This document shows, one piece after another, positions 62,267 to 64,000 of a DNA stretch of 64,000 nucleotides. The position numbers and the translations under genes were made by a program. Origin of the DNA: Blepharisma stoltei ATCC 30299. Its lineage: Eukaryota > Protista > Ciliophora. The notes beneath the pieces were generated by a model. That model had not been told where the DNA came from. It was given only the letters and a program-made list of their open reading frames with translations, and ran no database searches. Each line of letters opens with the position of its first letter. Position 1 is the stretch's first letter. The stretch covers positions 124,001 to 188,000 of the forward strand of contig CBFDEM010000051.1 in NCBI GenBank assembly GCA_965603825.1. Reading direction: 5' to 3'.

Positions 62267-62447
62267 ATTAATAATTTTAACTGTGCCTCATCGATGCCAT
62301 TAATAAAAAATATATTTTGAAGAGGAATTTATAATAAAATTATCCGCAGTTAAGCTACATACCTGCATAATATCAATTATAAATTATGAAAATCATTTAT
62401 AAATGTAATCAATTTATTTTGCATTGAACTAAGTAAAGATAATTTAA

Positions 62448-63614
62448 TTATATATAATCTGAATTGTTTTTTATGTGAAAGCTTTCTCGGGGGACTAGCT
62501 TATCAGGGCTTAGCTTCAGCCTGTACAGTCTAATGAGCTTTTCTAGTGAAAACAAAAAATCATCATCTTCTTCATATTCACTGTCTTCGCTGTCCTCATA
62601 TGTTGACTCAGAAACTTGAGCACTCAAACCTTTAAAAGAAAAAAGTGAAGCTTCTCCCTTTCCATAACTTTTAAATGAATTGATGGCTATTTCTAATTGT
62701 GACGCAGAAAATATTTCTGATAAATCAGTTCTTAAAATTAAGCGGAAATTTTCTAAGATTTTAAAACAGGATCTTCTTTCTTGGCGGTTTAATTCTCCAT
62801 ATCAAATTTTGGTGCTTATTCCTCTTATTTTTTTCTGATTAATAATCATATTATCTGCTGGAATCCCATTTATTTTGCCTCTTGGGCTGTCCCCAACAAT
62901 TACCATTTCTCCTCCGATCTCTAAAGCATCAAATATTTCATTGTCAACCTCTTCATTTTCATACTGTAATACACAAGTTGGGTGAAGTGACTTGCAAATT
63001 TTTCTGAGCTTTGTGCTGAAATTATCTTTGTTTTTATTTACAATGTAATCTGCTTTATATTTCTTAAGTATCTTTTTTTCTGCATCTGAATCTACAATAT
63101 TTATGCATATGACGTCAATAAAACGGCTCCAATTAATCATCATTTTCCCGAGCACAGAAAACGAGTTAGCCTGTATTATGCAAGTATGATTGTGCTTTTT
63201 TATCTGTTCTGTGACCATAAGTACGGCTAAAGGGTTATACATCATTGAGCTTCCTGAGATAAAGCTTAAATCATTATTTAAGATTATACAATCCTTTGAG
63301 TTGCATACGACATATTCAGCTCAAGTGCCTTCATTTTCATCTAATTTAATAAAACTGACTCGTTTTCCTTCAAGTCTCCATGATTTTGAAAGAGGATGTG
63401 ATCGAACTACGACACCTGAGCCTTCTCGGCCGAGGATTTTTGGAGTGCAGGTTTGACAATTTAAAGCGTTTTCAATATAATTCAAATCTAAAGAATGAAT
63501 AGGAGAATATTCTACCTTGATTAAGACTTGGCCAGGCTTAAGAATAGGGATTTGGACGTCTTGCAGCTTAAGAGATAGTTTGCCCTCTTCTTTGTCTAAA
63601 GTTATAGCCTTCAT
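62448..63614 (-). CDS. Medium-chain dehydrogenase/reductase (zeta-crystallin/QOR-like) with an acidic tail, 388 aa
   Basis: PILKPGQVLIKVEYSPIHSLD, ILGREGSGVV, GTW(TGA)AEYV, MMYNPLAV; open to TAA 62448-62450. Confidence 0.85.
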
Positions 63615-63849
63615 TTATTATAATTTGCCAGTTTAAAAAAATAAATGTTTTAATTGTTTTCTCTTTGTGTTTATATCTATCACTAATAAATTAAATATAA
63701 AATATGCGGTTTGAAATATTTAAATGATAATCAGGGCTTTTGATTCTTTAGAAGTCAAATTATTCTTCATATTTCGTTAGGCTATTATAGAATATTGATC
63801 TTAATATTATAGAAAATTATTATATATAGATTGTATTATGCAAATCTAA

Positions 63850-64000
63850 TTAGCTCTTATTTGGAAGAAGTTTAATGCCAACTATTTCCCAGCGATTATC
63901 AATTGATCTTATATTAATTTCGCAATAATTACCAAACACTGATGGCCCTGGGTTTACAACAGGAATCCCATTCCAAATAAAAATTCCTTTTCCGCGATGT
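63850..64000 (-). CDS. 3' end of a probable calcineurin-like metallophosphoesterase (partial)
   Basis: HRGKGIFIWNGIPVVNPGPSVFGNYCEI...* matches the typical H..G....vvNPGs...G.y C-terminus. Confidence 0.55.
   Translation of the reverse strand, partial: HRGKGIFIWNGIPVVNPGPSVFGNYCEINIRSIDNRWEIVGIKLLPNKS

Overview
This is AT-rich, very gene-dense eukaryotic DNA, not prokaryotic. It most likely comes from the macronuclear (somatic) genome of a heterotrich ciliate of the Blepharisma type. In-frame TGA falls at conserved Trp positions (DHHC-K-W, copine NPD-W, PDE6D EE-W, importin W-xxx-N), and all complete genes end in TAA or TAG. The supplied ORF track is therefore fragmented; I re-joined it by hand with TGA=Trp. 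I found 11 spliceosomal introns, all exactly 15 nt (GTA......A..YAG). About 44 genes are supported, including two tandem surface-protein paralogs (the complete one is REJ/GPS polycystin-like), RasGEF, MINDY DUB, copine, anamorsin/Dre2, RPA2-like, three importin-alpha-like paralogs, RCC1, LRR, ankyrin, GPR180/TMEM145, R2R3-Myb, RICTOR, TRAPPC6, DHHC PAT, SLC25A38-like carrier, BBS2, uridine kinase, PDE6D and an MDR oxidoreductase. Highlights: (1) a single-polypeptide DOMON-cytochrome b561-cytochrome b5-FAD/NAD(P)H reductase electron chain; (2) an importin-alpha cluster with the IBB replaced by FG/FxFG-like N-termini and eroding NLS-binding motifs; (3) a 43-bp TA-bounded IES-like insert whose excision repairs the third importin gene; (4) extreme gene packing, including overlapping stop codons. 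All family calls come from recognising motifs by eye; no database search was run.
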